From an uncultured cyanobacterium (lineage in GTDB: Bacteria; Cyanobacteriota; Cyanobacteriia; CAKZMO01), in the NCBI GenBank assembly GCA_963719515.1, contig CAVRCJ010000003.1, positions 672,001-736,000 of the forward strand: a stretch of 64,000 bases of DNA. Reading direction: 5' to 3'. Below the pieces are notes generated by a model. The model had not been told where the DNA came from, ran no database searches, and saw only the letters and a list, made by a program, of their open reading frames with translations. Made by a program: the position numbers and the translations under genes. The first letter of the stretch is position 1. Every line of letters begins with the position of its first letter. Positions 29,523 through 39,229 of this stretch are shown piece by piece.

Positions 29523-30536
29523 ATGGCAAACTGCCTCGTTACCGGCGGCCTCGGCTTCATCGGTCATCACCTCGTCGCCCTCCTGCAGGAACGGGGGCAT
29601 TCTGTCCGCATCCTGGACCTAGCCACGCCTCAGACGCGCCAGCCCGACATCGACTACGTCACTGGCTCCATCACCGACGCCGACGCCGTGCAGCGGGCTA
29701 CCCAAGGGGTGCAGCAGGTCTATCACCTGGCCGCCAACGCGGGGCTGTGGTCTCCTCGCAAGTCGGAGTTTGTCACCATCAACCAAACCGGCACCCGCAA
29801 CGTCATGGAGGCGGCGATCGCTTCTGGGGTCGAGCGCGTCGTCCACTGCTCCACCGAATCCATACTCAAAAGCGTCAAGCGGCCTGCATTGAACGAAGCG
29901 AACGGGGGCAAGACCGACGAAACCGTCTCCTTGACCCTAGAGGACATGGCCGGGGCCTACTGCCGGGGCAAGTTCGTCGCGGAGCAAGAAGCCTTTGCGG
30001 CGGCGGCACGCGGCCTCTCCGTCGTCATCGTCAACCCCACCGTGCCCATCGGACCGGGCGATCGCCGCATCACTCCCCCCACCCGCATGATGCTGGGCTT
30101 CCTCAACGGCGACTATCCCGCCTATCTGAACAGCACCCTCAACTTGATCGACGCCCGCGACGTGGCGCTCGGTCACGTCCTCGCCGCCGAGAAGGGGACG
30201 CCGGGAGAGCGCTACATCTTGGGCAACGCCAACCTGACCCTGGGAGAACTGCTGCGGCACCTAGAGGCAATTACGGGGCTACCCCTGCCCAAGCGGCAAA
30301 TTCCCTACTGGCTGGCCTTCGGCGTCAGCGCGGTGCAGGAGTTCATCGCCGACAACTTCACCAAGTCTCCCCCTTCGGCCCCGCTTACCGGGGTGAAGCT
30401 GGCGCGATCGCCCATGAGATTCGACAACACCAAGGCGCAGCGGCGGCTAGGGCTGACGTTTCGCCCCCTGGAAGATTCTCTTAAAGATGCGGTTGACGAC
30501 TACCGAGAGCGGGGACTGCTGACGCGATCTTCGTGA
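29523..30536 (+). CDS. NAD-dependent epimerase/dehydratase (HpnA/dihydroflavonol reductase-like)
   Basis: TGGLGFIG, YHLAA, YCRGK, VNPTVPIGPGD. Confidence 0.9.
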   Translation: MANCLVTGGLGFIGHHLVALLQERGHSVRILDLATPQTRQPDIDYVTGSITDADAVQRATQGVQQVYHLAANAGLWSPRKSEFVTINQTGTRNVMEAAIASGVERVVHCSTESILKSVKRPALNEANGGKTDETVSLTLEDMAGAYCRGKFVAEQEAFAAAARGLSVVIVNPTVPIGPGDRRITPPTRMMLGFLNGDYPAYLNSTLNLIDARDVALGHVLAAEKGTPGERYILGNANLTLGELLRHLEAITGLPLPKRQIPYWLAFGVSAVQEFIADNFTKSPPSAPLTGVKLARSPMRFDNTKAQRRLGLTFRPLEDSLKDAVDDYRERGLLTRSS

Positions 30537-30537
30537 A

Positions 30538-31903
30538 CAGAATCGCGGCAGTCCCTAATCTCAGCGAAGCGGATTAGGGAAGGATAGCGCGTGAGCGTAG
30601 CGAACATAGTACGATTGTCTCAGTGCATACATCGAGTTATGGCAACACGCCGTGTAACGTATAGGCTCTACCCGACGACCCAGCAAGGGGCGATGCTGTT
30701 CGAGTGGCGGCGTCTTCATGCCTACCTGTACAACGCCTGCATAGAGCACCGCCGCACCAGCTACAAACAGCACGGGCAGTCTGTGGGCTACATCGACCAG
30801 CAAAACCTGCTACCTGCATTCAAGGAGTGCTGGCCAGAGTACAAAGCTTTGGGCAGTCATGCTTTGCAGGCTACGGTCAAGCGAGTAGACTTTGCGTTTC
30901 AGCGGTTCTTCAAAGGGCTAGGGAAGTATCCCAAGTTCAAGTCGATACGGCTGTTCTCTGGCTGGACCTATCCGTGCGGTTCTGGCTGGAAGGCGCTAAG
31001 CGATGGCATCAATGGTTGCCTGCAGCTATCAAACTTGGGCAAGATTCGGATGCGAGGACAAGCTCGTACCTGGGGGAGACCGACAACCTGCACGATTGTC
31101 TACCGGCCAAGTGAAGGGAAGTGGTACGCCTCCATCACCGTGGCGTGCAGCCCAGAGCGCCAAACCGCTGGCGGTGCTGTCGGGATAGACTTAGGCTGCA
31201 CTAATGCGGTGTCGTTCTCAGACGGCACCAAAGAGGAAAAGCCTGAGTTCATCAAAGCGGGCGATGTCGCGGTTAAGCAGGCCTGCAAGGTGCTGCGCCG
31301 CAAACGCAGGCCCAACCGCAAGCAGGGCGTCAAAGCCTCTAACCGCTGGCGCAAAGCCAGACGCAAAGTTTCCAAGATTCAACGCAAGGTAGCCAACCAG
31401 CGAGCGGATTGGTTGCACAAGCTCACCAGCAACATAGTTAGCCGTAATAGCCTAGTCGCCGGAGAGCAGCTTAACGTCAAGGGCATGACCCGCAAGGCCC
31501 GCAAAGGCAAGCGGAAACGTCAAAAAGCCGGTCTCAATCGCTCAATCCTGTCGGTGGGGTTTGCAAGGGTTAGACCGCTGCTGTCCTACAAGGAAGCTGA
31601 GGCGGGCGGATTCTATCTGGAGTCTCCTACCCGGCAGCTCAAGCCGTCCCAGCGCTGCGCTCAGTGCTGGGAGCTGACGCCCAAGACGTTGAGCGACCGT
31701 ATCCACCGATGCCAACACTGCGGCCATACCGAAGACCGCGATACCAATGCTGCTCAGGTCAATCTGATCTGGGCACGGGGGCAGGAATCTTCCCTCGCAA
31801 GCGCTGAGCCGCCTAGCTCTACCAACTGCGGAAGCATGAGGCAACTAGGGGCAATGAAGCGCACGAAACACCTAGCTCAGCGTAGCGGTTAGGTGTAGTT
31901 CAT
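30538..31903 (+). mobile_element. IS200/IS605-family element, tnpB only (IS1341-like)
   Basis: Left hairpin CCCTAATC..GATTAGGG after TGAA; right hairpin CACCTAGC..GTTAGGTG ending TCAT; similar loops TCAGCG(A/T)AGCG. Confidence 0.85.
30639..31892 (+). CDS. tnpB: RNA-guided endonuclease TnpB
   Basis: YRLYPT N-terminus, RuvC GIDLG / GEQL / DRDTNAA, zinc ribbon CAQC..CQHC. Confidence 0.95.
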   Translation: MATRRVTYRLYPTTQQGAMLFEWRRLHAYLYNACIEHRRTSYKQHGQSVGYIDQQNLLPAFKECWPEYKALGSHALQATVKRVDFAFQRFFKGLGKYPKFKSIRLFSGWTYPCGSGWKALSDGINGCLQLSNLGKIRMRGQARTWGRPTTCTIVYRPSEGKWYASITVACSPERQTAGGAVGIDLGCTNAVSFSDGTKEEKPEFIKAGDVAVKQACKVLRRKRRPNRKQGVKASNRWRKARRKVSKIQRKVANQRADWLHKLTSNIVSRNSLVAGEQLNVKGMTRKARKGKRKRQKAGLNRSILSVGFARVRPLLSYKEAEAGGFYLESPTRQLKPSQRCAQCWELTPKTLSDRIHRCQHCGHTEDRDTNAAQVNLIWARGQESSLASAEPPSSTNCGSMRQLGAMKRTKHLAQRSG

Positions 31904-31908
31904 TTATC

Positions 31909-32352
31909 CTAGAACTTATCGCTGGGTAGGGGAACGTCAGGGCCAATCGCCTCAGCCGCATCCACAGCCTCAAGCAGTTGATTGACCTGGCCCACGTCTT
32001 GGGTCTCAGTCATGGACTGCCAGCAGTGGCCTTCAGCAGCGGCCAGTAGAGACGGGCGGCGCAGCTGCTCTAGGGCGTTGATGCAGGAGGGGCAATCGCA
32101 GCCGAACAGCAGCACGGCGGCATCGCTGGCGGCGGCGGAGAAATCTAGGGTCATGACGTCACCGCCAGACTTTTGAGCCGCTGACGCTGGGGCCGCTTTT
32201 TCGTCCGGGACGCTGCAGCTGGCGACTGAGGTGGTGGGGCGGACGGAATGCTTGGCGGGACGGACGCCGCCTGCTGAAGCGGCTAGGGGAAAGCTCAGCG
32301 CTCCGAGCAGGGTGGGCAGGCAAAAAAGCGTTAGCAAAAATCGGGTAGACAT
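31909..32352 (-). CDS. secreted Cys-containing hypothetical protein
   Basis: Signal peptide; FGCDCPSC and GHCW motifs. Confidence 0.75.
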   Translation of the reverse strand: MSTRFLLTLFCLPTLLGALSFPLAASAGGVRPAKHSVRPTTSVASCSVPDEKAAPASAAQKSGGDVMTLDFSAAASDAAVLLFGCDCPSCINALEQLRRPSLLAAAEGHCWQSMTETQDVGQVNQLLEAVDAAEAIGPDVPLPSDKF

Positions 32353-32433
32353 GGCACAAGTGTCCTTTAAGAGCTGAGGGCGTACAGGGCTTGCATTACT
32401 GCTTGTCTTAATCGTGCCAGTGTAGCATCCGCT

Positions 32434-33141
32434 TTAGGGCGCTGGAGGGGCAGCTTCTAAATCGGTCTCATCGACTAAGGGCTCTACGGCTTCAGCGTCG
32501 TCTTCAGAAGGGCTTTCGGGGGATGATTCTGGGGACGCTTCAGAATCGGGCACCGCCCGCCAGTCTTCTAGCGGGCGGTTCACGGCTGTGTCGAAGTTGG
32601 TTGAGACGAGGTGCACCAGCTCGCTGTCAAGCCGAGCGCCAGAATCTTCAGCACTAGCCGCCTCACCAGCCTCGTCGCCAGCCTCCTCAATGCCCGCCTG
32701 CGGGTCCACCAAAGCATAGATAAACTGGTTGCTGAAATTGTAGTCTCCCAACGTCAGCCGGTGGGTCTGCTCTTCGTCCAGCGTAATATCAACCGTCGCT
32801 AGGGGAGCGTCGAACCCGAAGTCTGCCGCTTCTGAGTCGCCCAGAGGCAACCGGCGACTGCTCTCCTCCGTCACCAGCGCATTTAGCAGATATACCACTG
32901 AGGCTTCACTGGCCGGACCCTGCTCCGGCTGCACCATCTGCCAGCTCCCATCTTGCCGCTCGAAGGCCAGGGTCTGCGCATCGGTGGCGATCGCCACTGC
33001 CTGTACGTCATCCTCTTCAAAACTGAACAGCGGCTGCGGGCTGTCGTCCGACTGGTCGGGACGCCGTTCAATCAGGAGGGCGGCAAGGCCCAGCACCACG
33101 GCGATCGCCACTAAAGCCAAGGTAGATCGGGTCAGTTTCAT
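32434..33141 (-). CDS. DUF4340-like membrane-anchored protein
   Basis: N-terminal TM; WQMVQP, FGFDAP, LTLG; acidic tail. Confidence 0.75.
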   Translation of the reverse strand: MKLTRSTLALVAIAVVLGLAALLIERRPDQSDDSPQPLFSFEEDDVQAVAIATDAQTLAFERQDGSWQMVQPEQGPASEASVVYLLNALVTEESSRRLPLGDSEAADFGFDAPLATVDITLDEEQTHRLTLGDYNFSNQFIYALVDPQAGIEEAGDEAGEAASAEDSGARLDSELVHLVSTNFDTAVNRPLEDWRAVPDSEASPESSPESPSEDDAEAVEPLVDETDLEAAPPAP

Positions 33142-33176
33142 AGGTCATCAAAAAAGTAATGCATCAAGCGCCAGCG

Positions 33177-34004
33177 TCATAAATAAGAGCACCAGTCGCT
33201 CCAGCTCCCGGCATAGAGCTTACCGGGTGGTATCTCCGCTAGCGCTAGAGACAGCAGGTTGACGCAGGCCGTGACGCCAGACCCACAGTACACCACAATC
33301 TCCTCCACATCGCCCAATTCCCGCCAGCGGTCGCGCTGCTCCTGGGGCGATCGCCCGTAGCCTTGCTCATCGGTCACCTCCTGCCAAAACCGGTTCACCG
33401 CCCCCGGAATATGCCCCGCCACCGGGTCGATGGGTTCCCGCTCGCCTCGGTAGCGATCGCCGCTGCGGGAGTCTACCAGTACGATGTTCTTTAGATTCTG
33501 GCGAGACTCTACACCCGCTTTATCGACCACCCAGTTCTCTCTAACCTGAGGCGTGAAGGTTTGAGATCTCGGCGCTGGCGATTCGGTCTCTATGGGATAG
33601 CCCTGGTCTTGCCAGCCCTGAAACCCACCGTCTAAAACAGCGACGCCATCGTGCCCTAGGTAGCGCAGCAGCCACCACAGCCGCGCCGCAAAGGCAAAGC
33701 GAGAGTTGTCGTAGGCGACCACGGTCGTTTGGGGGCCGATGCCGCTGGCTTCCAAGGTCTCTACAAATTTTTCTATATCGGGCAGCGGGTGCCTGCCGCC
33801 GCGCCCCGACGGCTGAACCGGCCCGGACAGATTGCGGCTGAGGTGAAAGTAGACGGCTCCGGGAATGTGGCCCGACTCGTAGGCAGCCTGTCCAGCCTCT
33901 GGCTCCATCAGCGAGAAGCGACAGTCAACCACCACCAGATCAGGTTGACCAAGTCGGGCCTGGAGCCAGTCGATAGACACAAGCGGGGATGGGGGTAGGT
34001 CCAT
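33177..34004 (-). CDS. two-domain sulfurtransferase (rhodanese)
   Basis: GHIPGA twice, GRHPLP, YCGSGVTAC, LYAGSWSDW. Confidence 0.94.
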   Translation of the reverse strand: MDLPPSPLVSIDWLQARLGQPDLVVVDCRFSLMEPEAGQAAYESGHIPGAVYFHLSRNLSGPVQPSGRGGRHPLPDIEKFVETLEASGIGPQTTVVAYDNSRFAFAARLWWLLRYLGHDGVAVLDGGFQGWQDQGYPIETESPAPRSQTFTPQVRENWVVDKAGVESRQNLKNIVLVDSRSGDRYRGEREPIDPVAGHIPGAVNRFWQEVTDEQGYGRSPQEQRDRWRELGDVEEIVVYCGSGVTACVNLLSLALAEIPPGKLYAGSWSDWCSYL

Positions 34005-34052
34005 TGCGGCGGGGTGACGTGACGGTATCAAGATATCCTCAAAAGGGTCTTG

Positions 34053-34158
34053 TATGGCAAATGTCCCAATGCATTGGGACATTTGCGCGTTCAGTTGCCT
34101 ATACAGCGTTAGGCTTTTAGCCGATTCTGGTGTCCTAAGCAGCTGAACCAATGCAATA
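34053..34158 (+). mobile_element. 106-bp MITE-like repeat, copy A
   Basis: 12 mismatches to 35104-35209; perfect 30-bp palindrome GCAAATGTCCCAATGCATTGGGACATTTGC. Confidence 0.75.
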
Positions 34159-34184
34159 AGACTATTTTTGATCGCTGGCTCGAC

Positions 34185-35039
34185 ATGATGCTACCCTTCA
34201 CGCCCCAACCCACGGCAGACGGCTCCTTCACCTTTTTCTCTGAAGAGTTTGGAGAGGCGTTTCATAGCCTGCAGGGGGCGCGGCTGGAGGCCGAGCAAAA
34301 GTTCGTGGTGCCCACAAAAATCGGTGAAAAAGCGGCTCAGGGGCAGGTCCGGCTGCTAGACGTTTGCTACGGTCTGGGCTACAACACCGCTGCCGCTCTG
34401 CAAGCCATCTGGCAGGCTAACCCCGCTTGCCGCGTAGAATTTATAGGTCTAGAGCGATCGCCCGCCGTCCCCCAAGCGGCGATCGCCCATGGGCTACTGT
34501 CAGGGTGGGATGGGCCTGTCTCTAAGCTATTGATTCAGCTCGCGACTCAAATAGAGGTCAGCAGCGACCTGTGCCAGGGGCAGCTCCTAGTTGGAGATGC
34601 CCGCCAAACGGTCCAGCGCGTTCCGCCCGCCTGGGCCGACGCCATTTTCCTTGACCCCTTCTCCCCTCAAAGCTGCCCCATGCTTTGGACCCTGGAATTC
34701 CTTCAGCAGGTGGTGCGGTGCCTTAAGCCAGAAGGCCACCTGGCCACCTACTCCTGCGCCGCCGCCGTCCGCGCCGCGCTGCTGGCCGCTGGGCTTCATA
34801 TCGGCTCTACGCCGGGGGTGGGCCGCAAGTCGCCAGGGACCGTAGCGGCCTACGCGCCGGTGGGTCTAGCACTCTCGCTGCAAGAGCTAGAGCATCTGCA
34901 CAGCCGCGCCGCTGTTCCCTACCGAGATCCGACCTTAAATAGCCTAGAGAAGACGATTCTTCAGCAGCGTCAGGAAGAGCAGACCGCCTCTCTGCTGGAA
35001 TCCACATCGCAGTGGCGACGGCGGTGGCAGCTCGATTAG
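34185..35039 (+). CDS. mnmD: MnmC/MnmD-family tRNA methyltransferase domain protein
   Basis: TADGSFT, FHS..GA..EA, DVCYGLGYN, FLDPFSP...PMLWT, LATYS. Confidence 0.85.
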   Translation: MMLPFTPQPTADGSFTFFSEEFGEAFHSLQGARLEAEQKFVVPTKIGEKAAQGQVRLLDVCYGLGYNTAAALQAIWQANPACRVEFIGLERSPAVPQAAIAHGLLSGWDGPVSKLLIQLATQIEVSSDLCQGQLLVGDARQTVQRVPPAWADAIFLDPFSPQSCPMLWTLEFLQQVVRCLKPEGHLATYSCAAAVRAALLAAGLHIGSTPGVGRKSPGTVAAYAPVGLALSLQELEHLHSRAAVPYRDPTLNSLEKTILQQRQEEQTASLLESTSQWRRRWQLD

Positions 35040-35103
35040 CCTCACATTTGCCCCCCCGGAGCGAGCTGATGCCGAGGTTCCTGAGAAGACGACAGTCTCA
35101 CCG

Positions 35104-35209
35104 TATAGCAAATGTCCTGATGCATTAGGACATTTGCGCGTTCAGTTGCCTACACAACGTCAGGCCTTCAGCCGATCCTGGTGTCCTGAGCAACTGAACC
35201 AATGCAATA
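35104..35209 (+). mobile_element. 106-bp MITE-like repeat, copy B
   Basis: Direct repeat of 34053-34158; TATAGC left end. Confidence 0.75.
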
Positions 35210-35294
35210 GACAAATTAGACCGAAAGGCGAGTGCTATTCTGAGCGTGCAGACACAAGGTGTGGCTGCAGGCCCCCGCTACTGAGCTTGAATAG

Positions 35295-36869
35295 ATGAGT
35301 GACAAGGAAACGAGCGACAACGAGCAGATCTCCCTCCGAGTTTTTGGGCTTTTGATCTGCGTTCCCGGCGTGATGGCGATCGCTTCCATCCCTGTGGGCT
35401 GGATTTTCGGTGAGTTTTACACCACAATTCCCTTCGCCGTCACGGCGCTGGTTTCTTTGGGCGCTGGCGTCGGGCTCTACCGCTGGCTCAAGCCCTTTCA
35501 GCTCACCCACATGCGCCGTGCGGTGGTGATTGTCGCCGCCGCCTGGCTGGTGATCTGCTTTATCGCCACGATTCCCTATGTCATGGTGGCCGCCTACGTA
35601 GACCGGCTAGCGGAGAGCCCGCTGCAGGTGACTGAATTTCTCGACCCGTGGAATGCGCTGTTTGAATCCATGTCGGGATTCACCAGCGCGGGTCTTTCGG
35701 TGGCCAAAGACACCAGCATGCTCCCCCACGCCCTTCAGTGGTGGCGATCGTTTACCCAGTGGGTGGGTGGCGTAGGCATCGTGGTGCTGGTGCTGGCGGT
35801 AATGGACCCCCAGGTCAACCCCGACCGGCTCTACTCTGCTGAGGCTCGCGACGCTCAGTTCGCCTCGACCCTGCGCAGCACCGTGCGCAAAATTTGGACG
35901 ATCTACGCGGGGTTGACCGCCATCAGCATCGGGCTGTTTTTGGTTGCCGGGATGTCCCTATGGCCGGCGATTAACCACGGCATGTCCGGCATTTCAACCG
36001 GCGGGTTCACCATCACTCGGCGCGGCTTCGAGGACTACGGCACCGTTATCAAGCTGGCGGCGATGCCTGTGATGATTATGGGAGCGATCAGCTTTTCGGT
36101 CTATGCCGATGTGCTGCGCGGCAGGCTGTCTAGCCTCTGGAGCGACAGCCGCTACCGGGCGCTTTGGCTGCTGCTGGCGGTGGGGGCCGTGCTGCTGACC
36201 CTAGAAAATTACTGGGAGTTTGGCACCTGGCGCTGGGTCGACAGCGTCTTTCAGTGGATATCGGCTCTGACCACCTGCGGCTTCGCCGCCATTGACGAAG
36301 AGCGGTGGAGCAACACGGCGCGCCTGATGATGATTGTGGCGATGGTGTTTGGCGCTGTGTCTGGCTCCACAGTGGGGGGCCTAAAGCTCGACCGCGTGGT
36401 CATTCTTTGGAAGGCGGTAGTTCGGCAACTCAAGATGGTGTACAAGCCGTCGCTTACCGACTTTGAATATGCGATGGACGACGAAGTGGTAGACGAGGAG
36501 GATGCCCTGCGTCAGCTGAGGTCTGCCGCTGTCTTAGCTCTACTGTGGGTTGCCGCTATACTGCTAGGCGCGATCGCGCTCCTGCACGCAGCTGGCGCCG
36601 GGGCGCTTGTTGACGTTCTGTTTGAATCGGCTTCAGCGCTGGGCACGACGGGGCTGTCGGCAGGGGTGGTTGACGCTAGCTCTTCCTGGGCCAGCAAGCT
36701 GACGCTGATTCTGATGATGTGGGCGGGACGGCTAGAGATTATTCCGGTGATTATTCTGATGAGCTGGTTGCCTAAGCTGCTGAGCGGTGATTGGGAGCGG
36801 CCTCAACGAGGAACGAACGGGCCGCAGGCTGAAGCCGAAGCTGAGGACTCACAGCTCAAGCCCCACTAG
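35295..36869 (+). CDS. trkH: TrkH-family potassium uptake protein
   Basis: Four P-loops: FESMSGFTSAG, STGGF, TTCGF, SALGTTGLS; GSTVGGLK; GRLE. Confidence 0.92.
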   Translation: MSDKETSDNEQISLRVFGLLICVPGVMAIASIPVGWIFGEFYTTIPFAVTALVSLGAGVGLYRWLKPFQLTHMRRAVVIVAAAWLVICFIATIPYVMVAAYVDRLAESPLQVTEFLDPWNALFESMSGFTSAGLSVAKDTSMLPHALQWWRSFTQWVGGVGIVVLVLAVMDPQVNPDRLYSAEARDAQFASTLRSTVRKIWTIYAGLTAISIGLFLVAGMSLWPAINHGMSGISTGGFTITRRGFEDYGTVIKLAAMPVMIMGAISFSVYADVLRGRLSSLWSDSRYRALWLLLAVGAVLLTLENYWEFGTWRWVDSVFQWISALTTCGFAAIDEERWSNTARLMMIVAMVFGAVSGSTVGGLKLDRVVILWKAVVRQLKMVYKPSLTDFEYAMDDEVVDEEDALRQLRSAAVLALLWVAAILLGAIALLHAAGAGALVDVLFESASALGTTGLSAGVVDASSSWASKLTLILMMWAGRLEIIPVIILMSWLPKLLSGDWERPQRGTNGPQAEAEAEDSQLKPH

Positions 36870-36888
36870 CAGGCCCTAGGCCACTTTG

Positions 36889-37140
36889 GTGACATCCTCC
36901 CGACGCTGACAGCAAGCTGTACAGCGCGGGCTTCCTCAGTGACTCCCAGCTATTGCCGAGACATATCCTGAGATAGGTTTATACTCCGCCTGATGCCCCA
37001 CGGCAGAGTTTTGAATTTTCATCTCCGCGAGGGAGGATACGCACTATGTGTCGCAGATACATTTGCAAACTGAGGAACGGGTGACTTGCAGCTTTCGCCT
37101 ACGGGCCCGTCACACTCTTTGCGGGGTGTATCACCTTGCT
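36889..37140 (-). ncRNA. putative omegaRNA-like scaffold (guide would extend into the flank below 36889)
   Basis: Extended -10 TGGTATGAT at 37147-37155; long-range helix TTCCTCAGT/ACTGAGGAA; ends at the IS right end; no tnpB ORF. Confidence 0.55.
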
Positions 37141-37281
37141 ATCTCTATCATACCAACTGCTAGCCTCAGCGCTGCCCGCAACTATCCGCTGTGCATCATT
37201 TTGCGGGCGCACTTCGGCTAGCGCGACTCTCATCCCGACGCTCACCCTGACGGGTAGAGCGCGGGGCTTCCTGTCTAGTAG
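36889..37281 (-). mobile_element. non-autonomous IS200/IS605-type element, type I copy 1
   Basis: Minus strand: TTAG|..AAGC-CCCGCGCT..AGCGTCGGG left hairpin; GAAG-CCCGCGCT..AGCGTCGGG-AGGATGTCAC right end; repeated at 62219-62610. Confidence 0.88.
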
Positions 37282-37354
37282 CTAAAGCGCAGGTTGCTGT
37301 GATCCTGATATACAACTATAAAAGCAAGCATAAGTATGTATTAGGTAACGGCGA

Positions 37355-38821
37355 ATGGACTTTAAGGGAATTGATATTGCACAGGCAGACTGGAGCGGCG
37401 ACTGCCTAGCCGTTGGGCTATTTGAAGGGCAAGATATTGCCGCAGACTTCACGGCCCTCGATCAGGCGATCGCCGGGACGCTGTCAGAGCTGGTGACGGA
37501 AGCTGAATTTACCGGCAAGGCGGGTAGCCTAGCGATCGCCCGCGTAGGGGGGGGCAGCGCCATCCGCAAGGTGGCGGCGATTGGCCTTGGGGCTAAGGGT
37601 GAGTTGACCCTGGAGATTCTGCGCCGCGCCGCCGCCGCCGCCGCCCGCACCGCCCACAAAGAAAAGTGCGCCAAGCTAGGGCTGAACTTTCCGCTGTGGA
37701 AGCAGGACAAGTCGCTGACCGCCCAGGCCCTAGTGGAAGGCGTAGAGCTAGCTTCCCATCAAGACACCCGCTTTAAGTCTGAAGAGGATAAAGCCGCCCA
37801 TCCCCAAACCGTAGAGCTGCTGGGGCTGGCGGGCCAGGAGACAGACATTGAGCGATCGCTGCAGGTGGTGGCCGGCGTAATTTTGGCCCGGGAGCTGGTG
37901 GCCGCCCCCGCCAACATCGTCACCCCCCTCACCCTGGCGGAGACGGCTTCGGCCCTAGCCCAGACCTACGACCTAGAGCTGGAGATTCTAGAGCAGGCCG
38001 ACTGCGAAAAGCGGGGCATGGGCGCTTTCTTGGGGGTGGCCCAAGCCTCCGACATTCCCCCCAAGTTTATCCACCTCACCTACCGCCCCGACGGCACCCC
38101 CCGCCGCAAGCTGGCCATCATCGGCAAAGGCCTTACCTTTGACAGCGGCGGCCTCAACCTGAAGCCCTCCGGCAGCGGCATCGAAATGATGAAAACCGAC
38201 ATGGGAGGCGCGGGGGCCACCTTTGGGGCAGCAAAGGCGATCGCCCAGATTAAGCCGGACGTTGAAGTGCATTTCATCTGCGCGGCCACAGAGAATATGG
38301 TCAGCGGGCGGGCGATGCACCCCGGCGACATTCTCACGGCCTCTAACGGCAAAACCATTGAGGTCAACAACACCGATGCCGAAGGCCGCCTTACCCTGGC
38401 CGATGCCCTCGTCTTTGCCGACCAGCTTGAGGTGGACGCTGTGGTAGATCTTGCCACCCTCACCGGGGCCTGCATCGTTGCCCTGGGGAACAAAATGTCT
38501 GGGCTGTGGACCGAGGAGGAAGCCTTAGCCAACCAGATCATGCAGGCCGCCGAACTTTCCGGGGAGAAATTTTGGCGCATGCCCATGGAAGAGACCTACT
38601 TCGAGGGTATGAAGTCCGTCGTAGCCGACATGAAAAATACCGGACCTCGCGCCGGAGGAGCCATTACGGCGGCGCTGTTCTTGAAGCAGTTCGTTAAAAC
38701 GACGCCCTGGGCTCACCTTGATGTGGCGGGTCCGGTGTGGACCGATAAGCCGGACGGCTACAACAGCCCTGGCGCTACAGGATTTCCAGTGAGAACGCTG
38801 GTGAACTGGGTGTTGTCGTAA
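37355..38821 (+). CDS. pepA: leucyl aminopeptidase (M17)
   Basis: [39 protein letters not shown]. Confidence 0.97.
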   Translation: MDFKGIDIAQADWSGDCLAVGLFEGQDIAADFTALDQAIAGTLSELVTEAEFTGKAGSLAIARVGGGSAIRKVAAIGLGAKGELTLEILRRAAAAAARTAHKEKCAKLGLNFPLWKQDKSLTAQALVEGVELASHQDTRFKSEEDKAAHPQTVELLGLAGQETDIERSLQVVAGVILARELVAAPANIVTPLTLAETASALAQTYDLELEILEQADCEKRGMGAFLGVAQASDIPPKFIHLTYRPDGTPRRKLAIIGKGLTFDSGGLNLKPSGSGIEMMKTDMGGAGATFGAAKAIAQIKPDVEVHFICAATENMVSGRAMHPGDILTASNGKTIEVNNTDAEGRLTLADALVFADQLEVDAVVDLATLTGACIVALGNKMSGLWTEEEALANQIMQAAELSGEKFWRMPMEETYFEGMKSVVADMKNTGPRAGGAITAALFLKQFVKTTPWAHLDVAGPVWTDKPDGYNSPGATGFPVRTLVNWVLS

Positions 38822-38899
38822 GACGTAAGATGTTCTGCTCAGCACTCAGTCTTTTTGAGGATATTGTGCCCAATGGGTTGGCACTGCCCGATAGCCTAT

Positions 38900-38927
38900 G
38901 TTAACTTTAGCTAAGAAGCTTGACATT
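38900..38927 (+). promoter_or_regulatory. possible HLR1 (RpaB) repeats upstream of hli
   Basis: GTTAACTT-ta-GCTAAGAA-gc-TTGACATT, degenerate octamers with 10-bp period. Confidence 0.3.
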
Positions 38928-38945
38928 AATAAGGTTGAATGCACC

Positions 38946-39089
38946 ATGGAAACACAAGACAACAAATTTGGGTTCACTAACTTCGCTGAGCGCTGGAACG
39001 GTCGCCTAGCTATGCTGGGTTTCGTTATCGGCGTCGCCGTTGAGTATGCTACTGGACATGGCATCCTTGAGCAAATTGGCCTGATGTAG
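38946..39089 (+). CDS. hli: high-light inducible protein (47 aa)
   Basis: FGFTNFAERWNGRLAMLGF chlorophyll-binding motif. Confidence 0.95.
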   Translation: METQDNKFGFTNFAERWNGRLAMLGFVIGVAVEYATGHGILEQIGLM

Positions 39090-39155
39090 ATCGCCTTTTT
39101 GCCCTCGGCGGCTAGAGTTAATGAAATAGGTCAGTTTCTATCGAGACTGAGTTAT

Positions 39156-39181
39156 GGGGATGCGCAAGGCGTCCCCTTTTT
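39156..39181 (+). terminator. rho-independent terminator
   Basis: GGGGATGC-GCAAG-GCGTCCCC-TTTTT. Confidence 0.75.
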
Positions 39182-39229
39182 GCTGTCTAGATTCAGCTCG
39201 CCAGCGCTCACTTGAGACTGAGTCGAGGT

